From the NCBI RefSeq assembly GCF_045037415.1, contig NZ_CP173438.1: DNA of 64,000 bases. One strand, written 5' to 3'. The notes under the pieces were generated by a model, which was not told the DNA's origin, ran no database searches, and was given only the letters and a program-made list of their open reading frames with translations. How positions within the stretch are numbered: position 1 is the stretch's first letter; the number at the start of each line of letters is the position of its first letter. This DNA is from Escherichia coli (GTDB lineage Bacteria > Pseudomonadota > Gammaproteobacteria > Enterobacterales > Enterobacteriaceae). Position numbers and translations under genes: made by a program. Positions 18,731-34,727 of this stretch are shown here, piece by piece.

Positions 18731-19420
18731 TTACCCTGCGGCCTGCATGGTGGACCACCAGTCAGCATCGGCTTCAATCTCGCCTTGCTGATTAACGTGG
18801 GGGTAGGGCAGACCTTTGCGTTTTGCGACTTTCGCCAGCACCGGATAGCCGCCTTCAAACAGCAGGCGTTGTTGCTCGGCTTCCGGCAACATGCTGTTTT
18901 CACGCAGGTACATGCCCGCATTTTGCCGCTGGCGCTGGGCTTCGTAAAGAATGAGGGCTGAGGCAACGGAAACATTCAGCGACTGCACCATGCCGATCAT
19001 CGGAATGATGATATCCTGATCCGCCAGGGCCAACGCTTCCTGCGTGATGCCCGTTTTCTCCTGTCCCATCAAAATACAGGTCGGGCGAGTGTAATCAATT
19101 TCGCGGAAATCAACAGCGTTATCAGAAAGATGGGTTGCCAGAATCTGCATGCCCTGGCCTTTCAGATGAGCGACGGCATCGCCAATGGTGCGGTGCGTTT
19201 TCACCTGTACCCAGCTGTTACTACCCGCAGCTGCCGAAGCCATGGTGCGCATCCGGCTGCCAGGCCAGACAGCATGAACTTCATGTACGCCAACGGCATC
19301 TGCGGTACGAATAATCGCAGAAACGTTATGAGGTTTGTGGACCTGCTCCATGCAGACGGTCAGATCAGGCTGCCGCCTGGCGAGCATTTCGCAGATGCGT
19401 GCATAACGTGTTGGGTTCAT
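18731..19420 (-). CDS. trmH: tRNA (Gm18) 2'-O-methyltransferase
   Basis: 229-aa ORF, SpoU-family methyltransferase; final gene of the rpoZ-spoT-trmH-recG arrangement. Confidence 0.9.
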   Translation of the reverse strand: MNPTRYARICEMLARRQPDLTVCMEQVHKPHNVSAIIRTADAVGVHEVHAVWPGSRMRTMASAAAGSNSWVQVKTHRTIGDAVAHLKGQGMQILATHLSDNAVDFREIDYTRPTCILMGQEKTGITQEALALADQDIIIPMIGMVQSLNVSVASALILYEAQRQRQNAGMYLRENSMLPEAEQQRLLFEGGYPVLAKVAKRKGLPYPHVNQQGEIEADADWWSTMQAAG

Positions 19421-19426
19421 AAAACA

Positions 19427-21535
19427 TTAATTTCGGTTTCGGGTGACTTTAATCACGTCTGGCATCACGCGGATTTTGCGCATGATATTCGCCAGATGCA
19501 CACGGTCACGGGCGGTCAGACGAATAAAGGCGCTATAGACGCGACCATCTTTCTCTTCCGTATTCAAACTTTGAATATTCGAGGTCGTGGTGTTAATTGC
19601 CGCCGTCAGGTTTGCCAGCGCGCCCTGATGATTGAACATCTCCACCTTGATTTCGGTGATGAATTCCTGCGCCGTCTCTTTATCCCATTCAACAGCCATA
19701 AACTTCTCTGGCTCTTTCTGGTAGCCACGGATGTTACGGCAGGATTCATGGTGGATCACCAGACCTTTACCGGGGCTGACGTGGGCGATAATCGGGTCGC
19801 CAGGAATTGGGCGGCAGCATTTCGCAAAGGTGATCAGCACGCCATCGGCACCTTTAATGGGCAGATGTCCGTGACTTTGGGTTGCCGGTGGAATGGAGGC
19901 GTCCCCATGTTGCAGATTTTTCGCGACCACCACGCTCATTGCGTTACCAAGGCCGATTTCTGCCAGCAGATCGTCAAGCGTTGCCAGCTTCATGCGGTCC
20001 AGCTCGCGCTGAATATTTTCCTGCGGGATTTCATTGAGCTTACGGCTACCACCCAACGCATGGTTGAGCAGACGACGGCCCAGGCTTACAGAATCATCAC
20101 GCTTGAGGTTTTTCAGCAACTGACGAATTTTGGCGCGCGCTTTCGAGCTGACGACAAAGTTCAGCCACGCGGCATTCGGGCGAGCACCCGGTGCGGTAAT
20201 GATTTCAACGGTTTGACCGCTAGTAAGCGGCTGCGACAGCGGGTAAGGCTGGCGGTCGACGCGTGCGCCCACGCAGGCATGGCCGATATCGGTATGCACC
20301 GCATAAGCGAAGTCGACGGGCGTTGCACCGGCAGGCAGTTCGACAATGCGCCCTTCTGGTGTGAAAACGTAAATCTCATCCGGGAAGAGATCGGATTTAA
20401 CGCTCTCGATAAATTCAAACGAGCTACCGGCACTCTGTTGCAGCTCCAGCAGGCTTTGCATCCAGCGCTGGGCGCGTATTTGCGCGGTAGTGCTGGTTTC
20501 GCCGTGCTCTTTATAAGCCCAGTGCGCGGCAACACCCATCTCCGCCATCTGATCCATATCTTCGGTACGGATCTGGACCTCAACCGGCACGCCGTGCGGG
20601 CCAATCATCGAGGTGTGCAAAGACTGATAGCCGTTCGCTTTTGGAATGGCGATATAGTCTTTCACGCGGCCCGGACGCGGCTTGTACAGGCTGTGCATCT
20701 GGCCCAGCACGCGATAACAGGTGTCAGAATCATTGACGATCACGCGGAAAGCGTAGATGTCCATGATTGAGTGAAAACGCTGCTCTTTGAGCACCATTTT
20801 GCAGTAAATCGAATAAAGATGCTTTTCGCGACCACTGACGCGGCACGGTATTCCCGCTTCCTGCAAACGCCCTTCGATTTCAGAAAGAATCTTCTGGATC
20901 ATCTCTTTACGGTTGCCGCGCGCGGCTTTCACCACTTCTTTGATTACGCGATAACGGTTGGGATACAGCGCCTCAAAACCCAGCTCCTCGAGTTCGGTTT
21001 TAATGTGGTGGATACCTAAACGGTGCGCCAGCGGGCTGTATATTTCGAGAGTTTCACGGGCGATGCGGCGACGTTTGTCCGGGCGAAGTGAGCCCAGCGT
21101 GCGCATGTTGTGGGTACGGTCGGCAAGTTTGATGAGAATGACGCGGATATCCTGCACCATCGCCATAATCATCTTGCGAAAGTTTTCGGCCTGCGCCTCT
21201 TTCTTATCGCGGAACTTGAGTTTATCAAGTTTCGACACCCCCTCTACCAGCTCGGCGACGCTTTTACCAAAAAGCTGTTCCATGTCCTGGTAGGTGGCGG
21301 GTGTATCTTCAATCACATCATGCAGCAGCGCCGCCATCAGCGTTTCATAGTCGAGTTTCATCTCGGCCAGAATGCAGGCAACCGCCACCGGATGCGTGAT
21401 ATAGGGTTCACCGCTTGAACGTGTTTGCCCCTCGTGAGCATCACGTGCAACGAGATACGCCTGCCGCAGACGCTTGATTTGGTCTTCCGGCAGGTAGTTT
21501 TGAATCAGCTGATTCAGGCTTTCAAACAGATACAA
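19427..21535 (-). CDS. spoT: Bifunctional (p)ppGpp synthetase II / guanosine-3',5'-bis(diphosphate) 3'-pyrophosphohydrolase
   Basis: 702-aa ORF starting MYLFESLNQLIQNYLPEDQIKRLRQAY; HD domain and synthetase domain sequence; SpoT length. Confidence 0.93.
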   Translation of the reverse strand: MYLFESLNQLIQNYLPEDQIKRLRQAYLVARDAHEGQTRSSGEPYITHPVAVACILAEMKLDYETLMAALLHDVIEDTPATYQDMEQLFGKSVAELVEGVSKLDKLKFRDKKEAQAENFRKMIMAMVQDIRVILIKLADRTHNMRTLGSLRPDKRRRIARETLEIYSPLAHRLGIHHIKTELEELGFEALYPNRYRVIKEVVKAARGNRKEMIQKILSEIEGRLQEAGIPCRVSGREKHLYSIYCKMVLKEQRFHSIMDIYAFRVIVNDSDTCYRVLGQMHSLYKPRPGRVKDYIAIPKANGYQSLHTSMIGPHGVPVEVQIRTEDMDQMAEMGVAAHWAYKEHGETSTTAQIRAQRWMQSLLELQQSAGSSFEFIESVKSDLFPDEIYVFTPEGRIVELPAGATPVDFAYAVHTDIGHACVGARVDRQPYPLSQPLTSGQTVEIITAPGARPNAAWLNFVVSSKARAKIRQLLKNLKRDDSVSLGRRLLNHALGGSRKLNEIPQENIQRELDRMKLATLDDLLAEIGLGNAMSVVVAKNLQHGDASIPPATQSHGHLPIKGADGVLITFAKCCRPIPGDPIIAHVSPGKGLVIHHESCRNIRGYQKEPEKFMAVEWDKETAQEFITEIKVEMFNHQGALANLTAAINTTTSNIQSLNTEEKDGRVYSAFIRLTARDRVHLANIMRKIRVMPDVIKVTRNRN

Positions 21536-21553
21536 GGGCGACCCGCTTTGTGA

Positions 21554-21829
21554 TTAACGACGACCTTCAGCAATAGCGGTAACGGCTTGTAATTCAGCGG
21601 CTTCCTGCTCTTGCTGCTCCTGGCGTTCGCGAACGTCGAGGATCTGGTTGTTGATCAGACCTTCTTCGATTTCGCGCAGCGCGATTACAGTGGTTTTATC
21701 GTTTTCTTCCGGTACCAGCGGATCCTTTCCGCCTACCTGCATCTGACGAGCGCGACGCGCGGCGACCAGTACCAGGTCAAAACGGTTACCAATTTTCTCT
21801 ACAGCGTCCTGAACAGTTACGCGTGCCAT
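21554..21829 (-). CDS. rpoZ: DNA-directed RNA polymerase subunit omega
   Basis: 91-aa [32 protein letters not shown], matches RpoZ. Confidence 0.93.
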
Positions 21830-21883
21830 ACTTAAAAAGCTCCACAGGTGAAGAAATGACTGGGCATGATACTGAAATCAGGT

Positions 21884-22648
<765 letters not shown>

Positions 22649-22672
22649 GATTCACTGCAATAAAGACGATTC

Positions 22673-22717
<45 letters not shown>

Positions 22718-22727
22718 CTTCACCACA

Positions 22728-25061
<2,334 letters not shown>

Positions 25062-25312
25062 GGTTCTCTCCCTAAAAATCTGTCTGGAAGGGTAGCGATT
25101 TGTGCGCATTGTCACGATTGAGATTTTTTAAGGAGAGAATAGATTGATAATTTGTAGTTATGTGAAATTGCTATTTTCTGTAGTAAGAATGCATTTTTCT
25201 GATTTTGTGATAAGTAAAATGCATTAGAAAAAGTATGGAGTAAATAAATATGAGGACGAAACTATATGCGTAGCGCCGCTGTAATTAACAACGGCCTACG
25301 GAGATATGTCGC

Positions 25313-26176
25313 TTACTCGATATTCTGAATCTGCTCGCGCATCTGTTCAATCAACACTTTCAGCTCGATGGCGGAGTTTGTCACTTCGGCGTTGATAGAT
25401 TTCGACGCAAGAGTGTTCGACTCGCGGTTGAACTCCTGCATCATAAAGTCCAGACGACGACCAACGGCTTCTTTTTTCTTCAGAATGTTGTAGGTTTCTT
25501 TGACATGCGCTTCGAGGCGGTCCAGTTCTTCGGCAACGTCAATTCGTTGTGCCAGCAGAACCAACTCCTGCTCCAGACGGTTGTTTTCCAGTTGCACCTG
25601 AGCATCTTCCAGCTTCGCTACCAGACGCTCACGCTGCCATTGCAGGATTTCCGGCATATGGGCGCGGACTTTGACCACTTCGGCGGTGACGCCTTCCAGA
25701 CGCTGCTCAATCAACACTTTCAGCGCCTGACCTTCGGTTTCGCGCGCGATGATAAAGTCATCCAGGGTGCCATCCAACGCCGCGAGAATTTCAGCTGCAA
25801 TCGCGTCGAGATCTTGCTCCTGGGCTGCCATCACGCCCGGCCAGCGTAGAATATCAACCGGGTTGATTTCTCCTTCGTCGCTCTGCATTTTTACCCAGTT
25901 CGCGGCAGTTACCAGCTGTTTAGCCAGTTTTTCGTTGAGGATCAGCTCACCTTGCGCGCTAACATCTGGCTCATAGCGCAGAGTACATTCCACTTTACCG
26001 CGCGTCAGGCGAGAACGAATACGCTCGCGAACGACAGGTTCAAGGCTACGGAACTGCTCCGGCAGACGAAAGTAAGTTTCCAGATAACGCTGGTTTACCG
26101 AGCGCATTTCCCAGGTTGCGCTCCCCCATTCACCCTTGATTTCACGCCGGGCGTAGGCGGTCATACTGCGGATCAT
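25313..26176 (-). CDS. yicC: YicC-family stress-induced protein (putative RNase adaptor/endoribonuclease)
   Basis: 287-aa ORF MIRSMTAYARREIKGEWGSATWEMRSVNQRYLETYFRLPEQFR, matches YicC. Confidence 0.9.
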   Translation of the reverse strand: MIRSMTAYARREIKGEWGSATWEMRSVNQRYLETYFRLPEQFRSLEPVVRERIRSRLTRGKVECTLRYEPDVSAQGELILNEKLAKQLVTAANWVKMQSDEGEINPVDILRWPGVMAAQEQDLDAIAAEILAALDGTLDDFIIARETEGQALKVLIEQRLEGVTAEVVKVRAHMPEILQWQRERLVAKLEDAQVQLENNRLEQELVLLAQRIDVAEELDRLEAHVKETYNILKKKEAVGRRLDFMMQEFNRESNTLASKSINAEVTNSAIELKVLIEQMREQIQNIE

Positions 26177-26302
26177 AGACGTTCCTGTTTATAAAAGGAG
26201 AGGTGGAAGGATTATAGCCATCGATGCCTTGTCAGGATAGGAATAACCGCCGGAAGTCCGTATAATGCGCAGCCACATTTGTTTCAAGCCGGAGATTTCA
26301 AT

Positions 26303-27020
26303 ATGCGTCCAGCAGGCCGTAGCAATAATCAGGTGCGTCCCGTTACCCTGACTCGTAACTATACAAAACATGCAGAAGGCTCGGTGCTGGTCGAATTTGG
26401 CGATACCAAAGTATTGTGTACCGCCTCTATTGAAGAAGGCGTGCCGCGCTTCCTGAAAGGTCAGGGCCAGGGCTGGATCACCGCAGAGTACGGTATGCTG
26501 CCGCGTTCTACCCATACCCGTAACGCGCGTGAAGCGGCGAAAGGTAAGCAGGGTGGACGCACAATGGAAATCCAGCGTCTAATCGCCCGTGCTCTTCGCG
26601 CGGCAGTAGATTTGAAAGCACTGGGTGAGTTCACCATTACGCTGGACTGTGACGTGCTTCAGGCTGATGGTGGCACGCGTACCGCTTCGATTACGGGTGC
26701 CTGCGTGGCGCTGGCAGATGCGCTACAGAAGCTGGTGGAAAACGGCAAGCTGAAAACTAATCCAATGAAAGGGATGGTAGCCGCGGTCTCTGTCGGGATT
26801 GTGAACGGTGAAGCGGTTTGCGATCTGGAATATGTTGAAGACTCTGCCGCAGAGAACCGACATGAACGTAGTGATGACCGAAGACGGGCGTATCATTGAA
26901 GTGCAGGGGACGGCAGAAGGCGAACCGTTCACCCACGAAGAGTTACTCACCTTGTTGGCGCTGGCCCGAGGGGGAATCGAATCCATTGTAGCGACGCAGA
27001 AGGCGGCGCTGGCAAACTGA
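26303..27020 (+). pseudogene. rph: Ribonuclease PH gene interrupted by a +1 frameshift (1-nt insertion near 26855); frame 1 terminates at 26897-26899, while the conserved C-terminus continues in the next frame to 27020
   Basis: Frame 1 encodes [14 protein letters not shown]...EYVEDSAAE then [18 protein letters not shown]; the adjacent frame (ORF 26808..27020) encodes [54 protein letters not shown], the normal RNase PH C-terminus. The junction GAGAACCGAC carries one extra A relative to an in-frame GAG-ACC-GAC. Confidence 0.8.
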
Positions 27021-27027
27021 TTTTTAA

Positions 27028-27053
27028 GGCGACTGATGAGTCGCCTTTTTTTT
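27028..27053 (+). terminator. pyrE attenuator (intrinsic terminator hairpin between rph and pyrE)
   Basis: GGCGACT / AGTCGCC stem with GATG loop followed by eight T, between the rph stop at 27020 and the pyrE start at 27086; consistent with the known rph-pyrE translation-coupled attenuation. Confidence 0.75.
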
Positions 27054-27085
27054 GTCTGTAGAAAAGTAAGATGAGGAGCGAAGGC

Positions 27086-27727
27086 ATGAAACCATATCAG
27101 CGCCAGTTTATTGAATTTGCGCTTAGCAAGCAGGTGTTAAAGTTTGGCGAGTTTACGCTGAAATCCGGGCGCAAAAGCCCCTATTTCTTCAACGCCGGGC
27201 TGTTTAATACCGGGCGCGATCTGGCACTGTTAGGCCGTTTTTACGCTGAAGCATTGGTGGATTCCGGCATTGAGTTCGATCTGCTGTTTGGCCCTGCTTA
27301 CAAAGGGATCCCGATTGCCACCACTACCGCCGTGGCGCTGGCGGAGCATCATGACCTTGACCTACCGTACTGCTTTAACCGCAAAGAGGCAAAAGACCAC
27401 GGTGAAGGCGGTAATCTGGTTGGTAGCGCGTTACAAGGACGCGTAATGCTGGTAGATGATGTGATCACCGCCGGAACGGCGATTCGCGAGTCGATGGAAA
27501 TTATTCAGGCCAATGGCGCGACGCTTGCAGGCGTGTTGATTTCGCTTGATCGTCAGGAACGCGGGCGCGGCGAAATTTCGGCGATTCAGGAAGTTGAGCG
27601 TGATTACAACTGCAAGGTGATCTCTATCATCACCCTGAAAGACCTGATTGCTTACCTGGAAGAGAAGCCAGAAATGGCGGAACATCTGGCGGCGGTTAAG
27701 GCCTATCGCGAAGAGTTTGGCGTTTAA
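27086..27727 (+). CDS. pyrE: Orotate phosphoribosyltransferase
   Basis: From [36 protein letters not shown] gives 213 aa; PRPP-binding motif [13 protein letters not shown]. Confidence 0.93.
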
Positions 27728-27734
27728 CGAAACT

Positions 27735-27758
27735 CGCCGGATGAAAAGTCATCCGGCG
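27735..27758. terminator. Bidirectional stem-loop between convergent pyrE and slmA
   Basis: CGCCGGATGA / TCATCCGGCG 10-bp perfect stem with AAAG loop, read directly from the sequence. Confidence 0.45.
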
Positions 27759-27763
27759 TCATA

Positions 27764-28360
27764 TTACTGCAACTGTGCGGCAATTAGCGGCCAGCGGGCG
27801 TCAAAATCATCCGTCGGGCGGTATTTAAACTCGCTGCGGACAAATCGTGACAGCATACCTTCACAAAATGCCAGCAACTGGCTTGCCAGCAGGGTTTCAT
27901 CGGTGGTGTAACCTTCACCCTCACGCATTCTCTTTTCACGCAATACCTGACGCAACTGCGCTTCAATACGCTCGAACAGCTGGTTGATGCGCCCTTGCAG
28001 ACGATCCTGTTCGAACATTAGCGCATGACCAGTGAGGATGCGAGTCAGGCCAGGATTACGCTCACCAAAACCGAGGAGCAACAACACGATCAGACGCAGG
28101 CGCGCTGTGGTGTCTTTCTCATCTTTCAGAATCAGGTTGATACGAGTAATCAGGCTATCTTCGATAAACTCAATCAGGCTATCGAACATGCGGGTCTTAC
28201 TGGGGAAGTGGCGATACAGTGCCGCTTCGGAAACGCCGACAGAGGCGGCCAGTTTTGCCGTCGTGATACGTTGGCTTCCATCGCTGGATTCCAGCATCAG
28301 CGCCAGAGACTGAAGTATTTCCTCGCGACGGTTCCTTTTCGCAGTTTGTTTTTCTGCCAT
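27764..28360 (-). CDS. slmA: Nucleoid occlusion factor SlmA (TetR family)
   Basis: From [24 protein letters not shown] gives 198 aa, matches SlmA (Ttk). Confidence 0.9.
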
Positions 28361-28466
28361 GTTACAAAATACCCCTGAAAATAAGCACTTGCCAGGCGGC
28401 ACCCACGCTATGACCGCAAACGAAATGTTTGCGGCTATGTTATGACGTTATTCGGATGCGTATGTG

Positions 28467-28925
28467 TTACTGACGACCAGAGTGACCAAAGCCGCCTTCA
28501 CCGCGGTCGGTGGCGTCGAAATCTTCCACCAGATTAAATTCAGCCTGTACTACCGGAACAAAAATCATCTGGGCGATGCGTTCGCCAGGTTGAATGGTGA
28601 AGCTGTCCTGACCACGGTTCCACACGGAAATCATCAACTGGCCCTGATAGTCAGAATCGATCAATCCTACCAGGTTACCAAGCACGATACCGTGCTTATG
28701 TCCCAATCCGGAGCGCGGTAGCATCATTGCCGCCAGTGAAGGATCGGCAATATGAATCGCCAGCCCGGTCGGAACCAGCGTAGTGTCACCCGGAGCCAGT
28801 TCTACGGCGTCGTCGAGACAGGCACGCAGGTCAAGTCCGGCAGAGCCAGAGGTGGCATAAGTCGGGAGCGGAAATTCCTTCCCAACGCGCGGGTCCAGAA
28901 TCTTAACGTCGATTTTTTTCATCAT
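28467..28925 (-). CDS. dut: dUTP diphosphatase
   Basis: 152-aa [38 protein letters not shown], matches Dut. Confidence 0.93.
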
Positions 28926-30123
28926 AACGGGTCACGATCTCGTCGAGTAATAATTGGCCAAGGAGCTCTTTGCGCTCAAGCGGTAAGACTTTATCTCCGT
29001 CCTGCCAGAAAAGGTGTAATGCGTTGTTGTCGCTGTTAAATCCTTGAGTTGGCTGGGAAACATCGTTCGCGCAGATCAGATCAAGGTTTTTACGGATACG
29101 TTTTTGCCGGGCGTATTCTTCCACATTATTTGTTTCGGCGGCAAATCCAACGACGTAAGGTCGATGGTCTTTTAGTGCGGCAACGCCTGCGACGATATCG
29201 GGGTTTTTAACCATTTTTATTGTTAATTCATCACCCTGCGTGGCCTGCTTTTTGATTTTTTCTGGGGCCACGGTAGCTGCGCGATAATCCGCCACGGCGG
29301 CGCAACCGATAAAAATATTTTGCTGCTGTACTGAAGCATTCACGGCGGCTTCCATTTCCAGCGCGGTCATCACATCAACACGGTTAACAAACGGTGGCGT
29401 CGGTAGTGAAACCGGACCTGATACCAGCGTGACGTTCGCGCCACGACGGGCTGCGGCGGCGGCGATAGCAAAACCCATCTTGCCGGAGCTGTGATTAGAG
29501 ATATAACGCACGGGATCGAGCGGTTCACGCGTCGGACCGGCGGTAATCATAATGTTCAGATGTTTCAGGTCGTTGACGGGCGAAAAATGCGCTACCGCCA
29601 TATCCACAATAGTTAACGGATCGAGCATTCGTCCTGGGCCGATATCACCACAAGCCTGACTGCCGCTGTCTGGCCCCCAGATGAGCAAACCACGTGAGGC
29701 AAGCACCTCTAAATTATGCTGGGTGGCGGCGGCACGGTACATCTGCTGGTTCATGGCGGGGAGCACGGCTACAGGCGCAGGTGTAGCCAGACAAATCGTC
29801 GATACCAGGTCATTCGCCATTCCGGCTGCAACACGGGCAATTAAATCTGCCGTGGCAGGGGCGAGAATCACTAAATCAGCCCATTTTCCCAGCTCAATAT
29901 GGCCCATAGCGGCTTCGGCTGCCGGGTCCAGCAGACTGTCGGAAACGGGATAACCAGAAACCGCCTGCAAGCTAAGTGGGGTGATAAAGGCTTTTGCCGC
30001 TTCGGTCATGGCTACGCAGACATCGGCCCCGCGATCGCGCAAACGACGCACCAGTTCAGGGGTTTTATAGGCAGCAATACCGCCGCTAACGCCGAGAACG
30101 ATTTTTTTACCGGCCAGGCTCAT
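28903..30123 (-). CDS. coaBC: Bifunctional phosphopantothenoylcysteine decarboxylase / phosphopantothenate-cysteine ligase
   Basis: From [20 protein letters not shown] gives 406 aa; flavoprotein N-terminal domain and CoaB C-terminal domain; overlaps the start of dut. Confidence 0.92.
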
Positions 30124-30288
30124 GATGATTTTTCCTGTTGGGTGACACCAGAAGTTGGCGATTTTATCACAATACTTTTGTTGTCGTGCCTTCACCTGAG
30201 ATTCACTTTGCGAGGCGCTTTCCAGGATTGAAAACTGGCCGTCGATTTAAAGGAACGGCTATGACAGGATGCGAGCACCACAAAGGAG

Positions 30289-30963
30289 GTGAAGGTGAAA
30301 AACAATGTACAGCTGTTGATGCCGCGCGAAAAAATGCTGAAGTTTGGTATTAGCGCCTTAACGGATGTCGAGCTGCTGGCGCTATTTCTGCGTACCGGAA
30401 CGCGCGGTAAAGATGTATTAACCCTGGCAAAAGAGATGCTGGAGAATTTCGGCTCTCTTTATGGCTTGTTAACCTCTGAATATGAGCAATTTAGTGGCGT
30501 TCATGGAATTGGCGTGGCGAAATTCGCCCAGTTAAAGGGGATTGCCGAACTGGCGCGGCGTTACTACAACGTACGGATGCGTGAAGAAAGCCCTTTACTC
30601 AGCCCGGAGATGACGAGGGAATTTTTACAAAGCCAGCTCACGGGCGAGGAGCGGGAGATCTTTATGGTGATCTTTCTCGACTCCCAACACAGGGTTATAA
30701 CGCATAGCCGTCTTTTTTCCGGCACGCTAAACCATGTTGAAGTCCATCCTCGGGAAATTATCCGCGAAGCGATAAAAATAAACGCCTCGGCGCTGATCCT
30801 TGCGCATAATCACCCTTCGGGTTGTGCTGAACCCAGTAAAGCGGATAAACTCATTACTGAACGGATAATAAAGAGTTGTCAGTTCATGGATTTACGCGTG
30901 CTCGACCATATCGTGATTGGGCGTGGAGAGTATGTTTCTTTTGCCGAACGCGGCTGGATTTAA
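30289..30963 (+). CDS. yicR: RadC-like JAB domain protein (UPF0758)
   Basis: 224-aa ORF with the JAMM-like motif context HNHPSG; position between coaBC and rpmB as in E. coli. Confidence 0.85.
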   Translation: MKVKNNVQLLMPREKMLKFGISALTDVELLALFLRTGTRGKDVLTLAKEMLENFGSLYGLLTSEYEQFSGVHGIGVAKFAQLKGIAELARRYYNVRMREESPLLSPEMTREFLQSQLTGEEREIFMVIFLDSQHRVITHSRLFSGTLNHVEVHPREIIREAIKINASALILAHNHPSGCAEPSKADKLITERIIKSCQFMDLRVLDHIVIGRGEYVSFAERGWI

Positions 30964-31158
30964 CCCGCTATGCGCGATCCTTCGGGATCTTTGTCTGTTC
31001 GGGACTTGAGCACATCGCTGAGTCAGCGTATACTACGCCACCTTTGAGAATCTCGGGTTTGGCATTTGGGCCTGGCAATCGAGAGTTCACATAGAACTGC
31101 GATGACCGGGCTGTAAAGCCTGACGAGGCGCCAATACCCCATACGAAGCTCGAGCTAA

Positions 31159-31416
<258 letters not shown>

Positions 31417-31433
31417 GTACTTAGAGGAAATAA

Positions 31434-31604
<171 letters not shown>

Positions 31605-31628
31605 TTTCCGCTTTGATGTAACAAAAAA

Positions 31629-31651
31629 CCTCGCCCCGGCGGGGTTTTTTG
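31629..31651 (+). terminator. Intrinsic terminator after rpmB-rpmG
   Basis: A-run, GC-rich hairpin CCCCGGCGGGG, then six T, 25 nt downstream of the rpmG stop. Confidence 0.5.
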
Positions 31652-31701
31652 TTATCTGCTTGCCCCCATATTGACTGCATCTGTTCATTCCTGGAGATGC
31701 T

Positions 31702-32511
31702 ATGCCTGAATTACCCGAAGTTGAAACCAGCCGTCGCGGCATAGAACCGCATCTCGTTGGTGCAACCATTCTTCATGCGGTGGTGCGCAACGGACGCTTG
31801 CGCTGGCCGGTTTCAGAAGAGATCTACCGTTTAAGCGACCAACCAGTGCTTAGCGTGCAGCGCCGGGCTAAATATCTGCTGCTGGAGCTGCCTGAGGGCT
31901 GGATTATCATTCATTTGGGGATGTCTGGCAGCCTGCGCATCCTTCCAGAAGAACTTCCCCCTGAAAAGCATGACCATGTGGATTTGGTGATGAGCAACGG
32001 CAAAGTGCTGCGCTACACCGATCCGCGCCGCTTTGGTGCCTGGCTATGGACCAAAGAGCTGGAAGGGCACAACGTGCTGGCCCATCTTGGACCGGAGCCG
32101 CTTAGTGACGATTTCAACGGTGAGTACCTGCATCAGAAGTGCGCGAAGAAAAAAACGGCGATTAAACCGTGGCTGATGGATAACAAGCTGGTGGTAGGCG
32201 TAGGGAATATTTATGCCAGCGAATCGCTGTTTGCGGCGGGGATCCATCCGGATCGGCTGGCGTCATCACTGTCGCTGGCGGAGTGTGAATTGTTAGCTCG
32301 GGTGATTAAAGCGGTGTTGCTGCGTTCGATTGAGCAGGGCGGTACAACGCTGAAAGATTTTCTGCAAAGTGATGGTAAACCGGGCTATTTCGCTCAGGAA
32401 TTGCAGGTTTACGGGCGAAAAGGTGAGCCGTGTCGGGTGTGCGGTACGCCGATTGTGGCGACTAAACATGCGCAGCGGGCAACGTTTTATTGTCGGCAGT
32501 GCCAGAAGTAA
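31702..32511 (+). CDS. mutM: Formamidopyrimidine-DNA glycosylase
   Basis: 269-aa ORF starting [13 protein letters not shown] (catalytic N-terminal Pro after Met) with C-terminal zinc finger CRVCGTPI...CRQCQ. Confidence 0.95.
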
Positions 32512-32521
32512 TTGATGCGCG

Positions 32522-32544
32522 CCGGATGGCATACCATCCGGCAT
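32522..32544. terminator. Stem-loop between convergent mutM and coaD
   Basis: GCCGGATGG / CCATCCGGC 9-bp stem with CATAC loop; no clear T-tract. Confidence 0.35.
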
Positions 32545-32549
32545 AAACT

Positions 32550-34314
<1,765 letters not shown>

Positions 34315-34666
34315 AGTAAATAGCTGACTTATGGATGTGCTGGGGATTCTATGTATTTAGCTGTGGCTTTACCATTACTTTTCCCGTTTTTGACTTAAAT
34401 AGCAATTTACCCGCCAATTCTTGCTGAACATCTATACTTTTTTTGTATTTTTATGCGATTCATTGATTTCTGCAGTACGTGCAGGAAGGAATCGCAGAGC
34501 AACAGTAAAAAGAATATGGTTGCTAATGATTTTATTTGATTGATTTCTTTATTGAAAATCAACAATGTGCTTAAAAATCATTCGGGTCGGATTGCCGCGA
34601 AAGAAGTGATACACTAGCGCGTCAATATCAGTGCGGTATCAGTATTCAGGTAGCTGTTGAGCCTGG

Positions 34667-34678
34667 GGCGGTAGCGTG
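34667..34678 (+). promoter_or_regulatory. ops element (GGCGGTAGCGTG) within the JUMPstart region upstream of the waaQ operon; RfaH recruitment site
   Basis: Exact 12-nt match GGCGGTAGCGTG about 50 nt upstream of the waaQ start, in the 413-bp divergent waaA-waaQ intergenic region. Confidence 0.65.
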
Positions 34679-34727
34679 CTTTTTCTGCTTCACCTTAATC
34701 GGATAATCTCAACAAAAAGAGTTACTT

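Noticed and set aside
19130-20770. 546-aa ORF on the plus strand, antisense to spoT
   Set aside because: It lies entirely within the well-supported spoT gene on the opposite strand. Long antisense ORFs are a common artefact of codon bias in GC-rich genes, and I see no RBS or recognisable protein features.
26958-26980. K-12 rph-1 frameshift site (G-run near the 3' end of rph)
   Set aside because: Checked specifically: this region reads CGA GGG GGA ATC in frame with the conserved C-terminus ([18 protein letters not shown]), so the K-12 rph-1 deletion as I recall it is not present. The frameshift in this window is further upstream, at about 26855.
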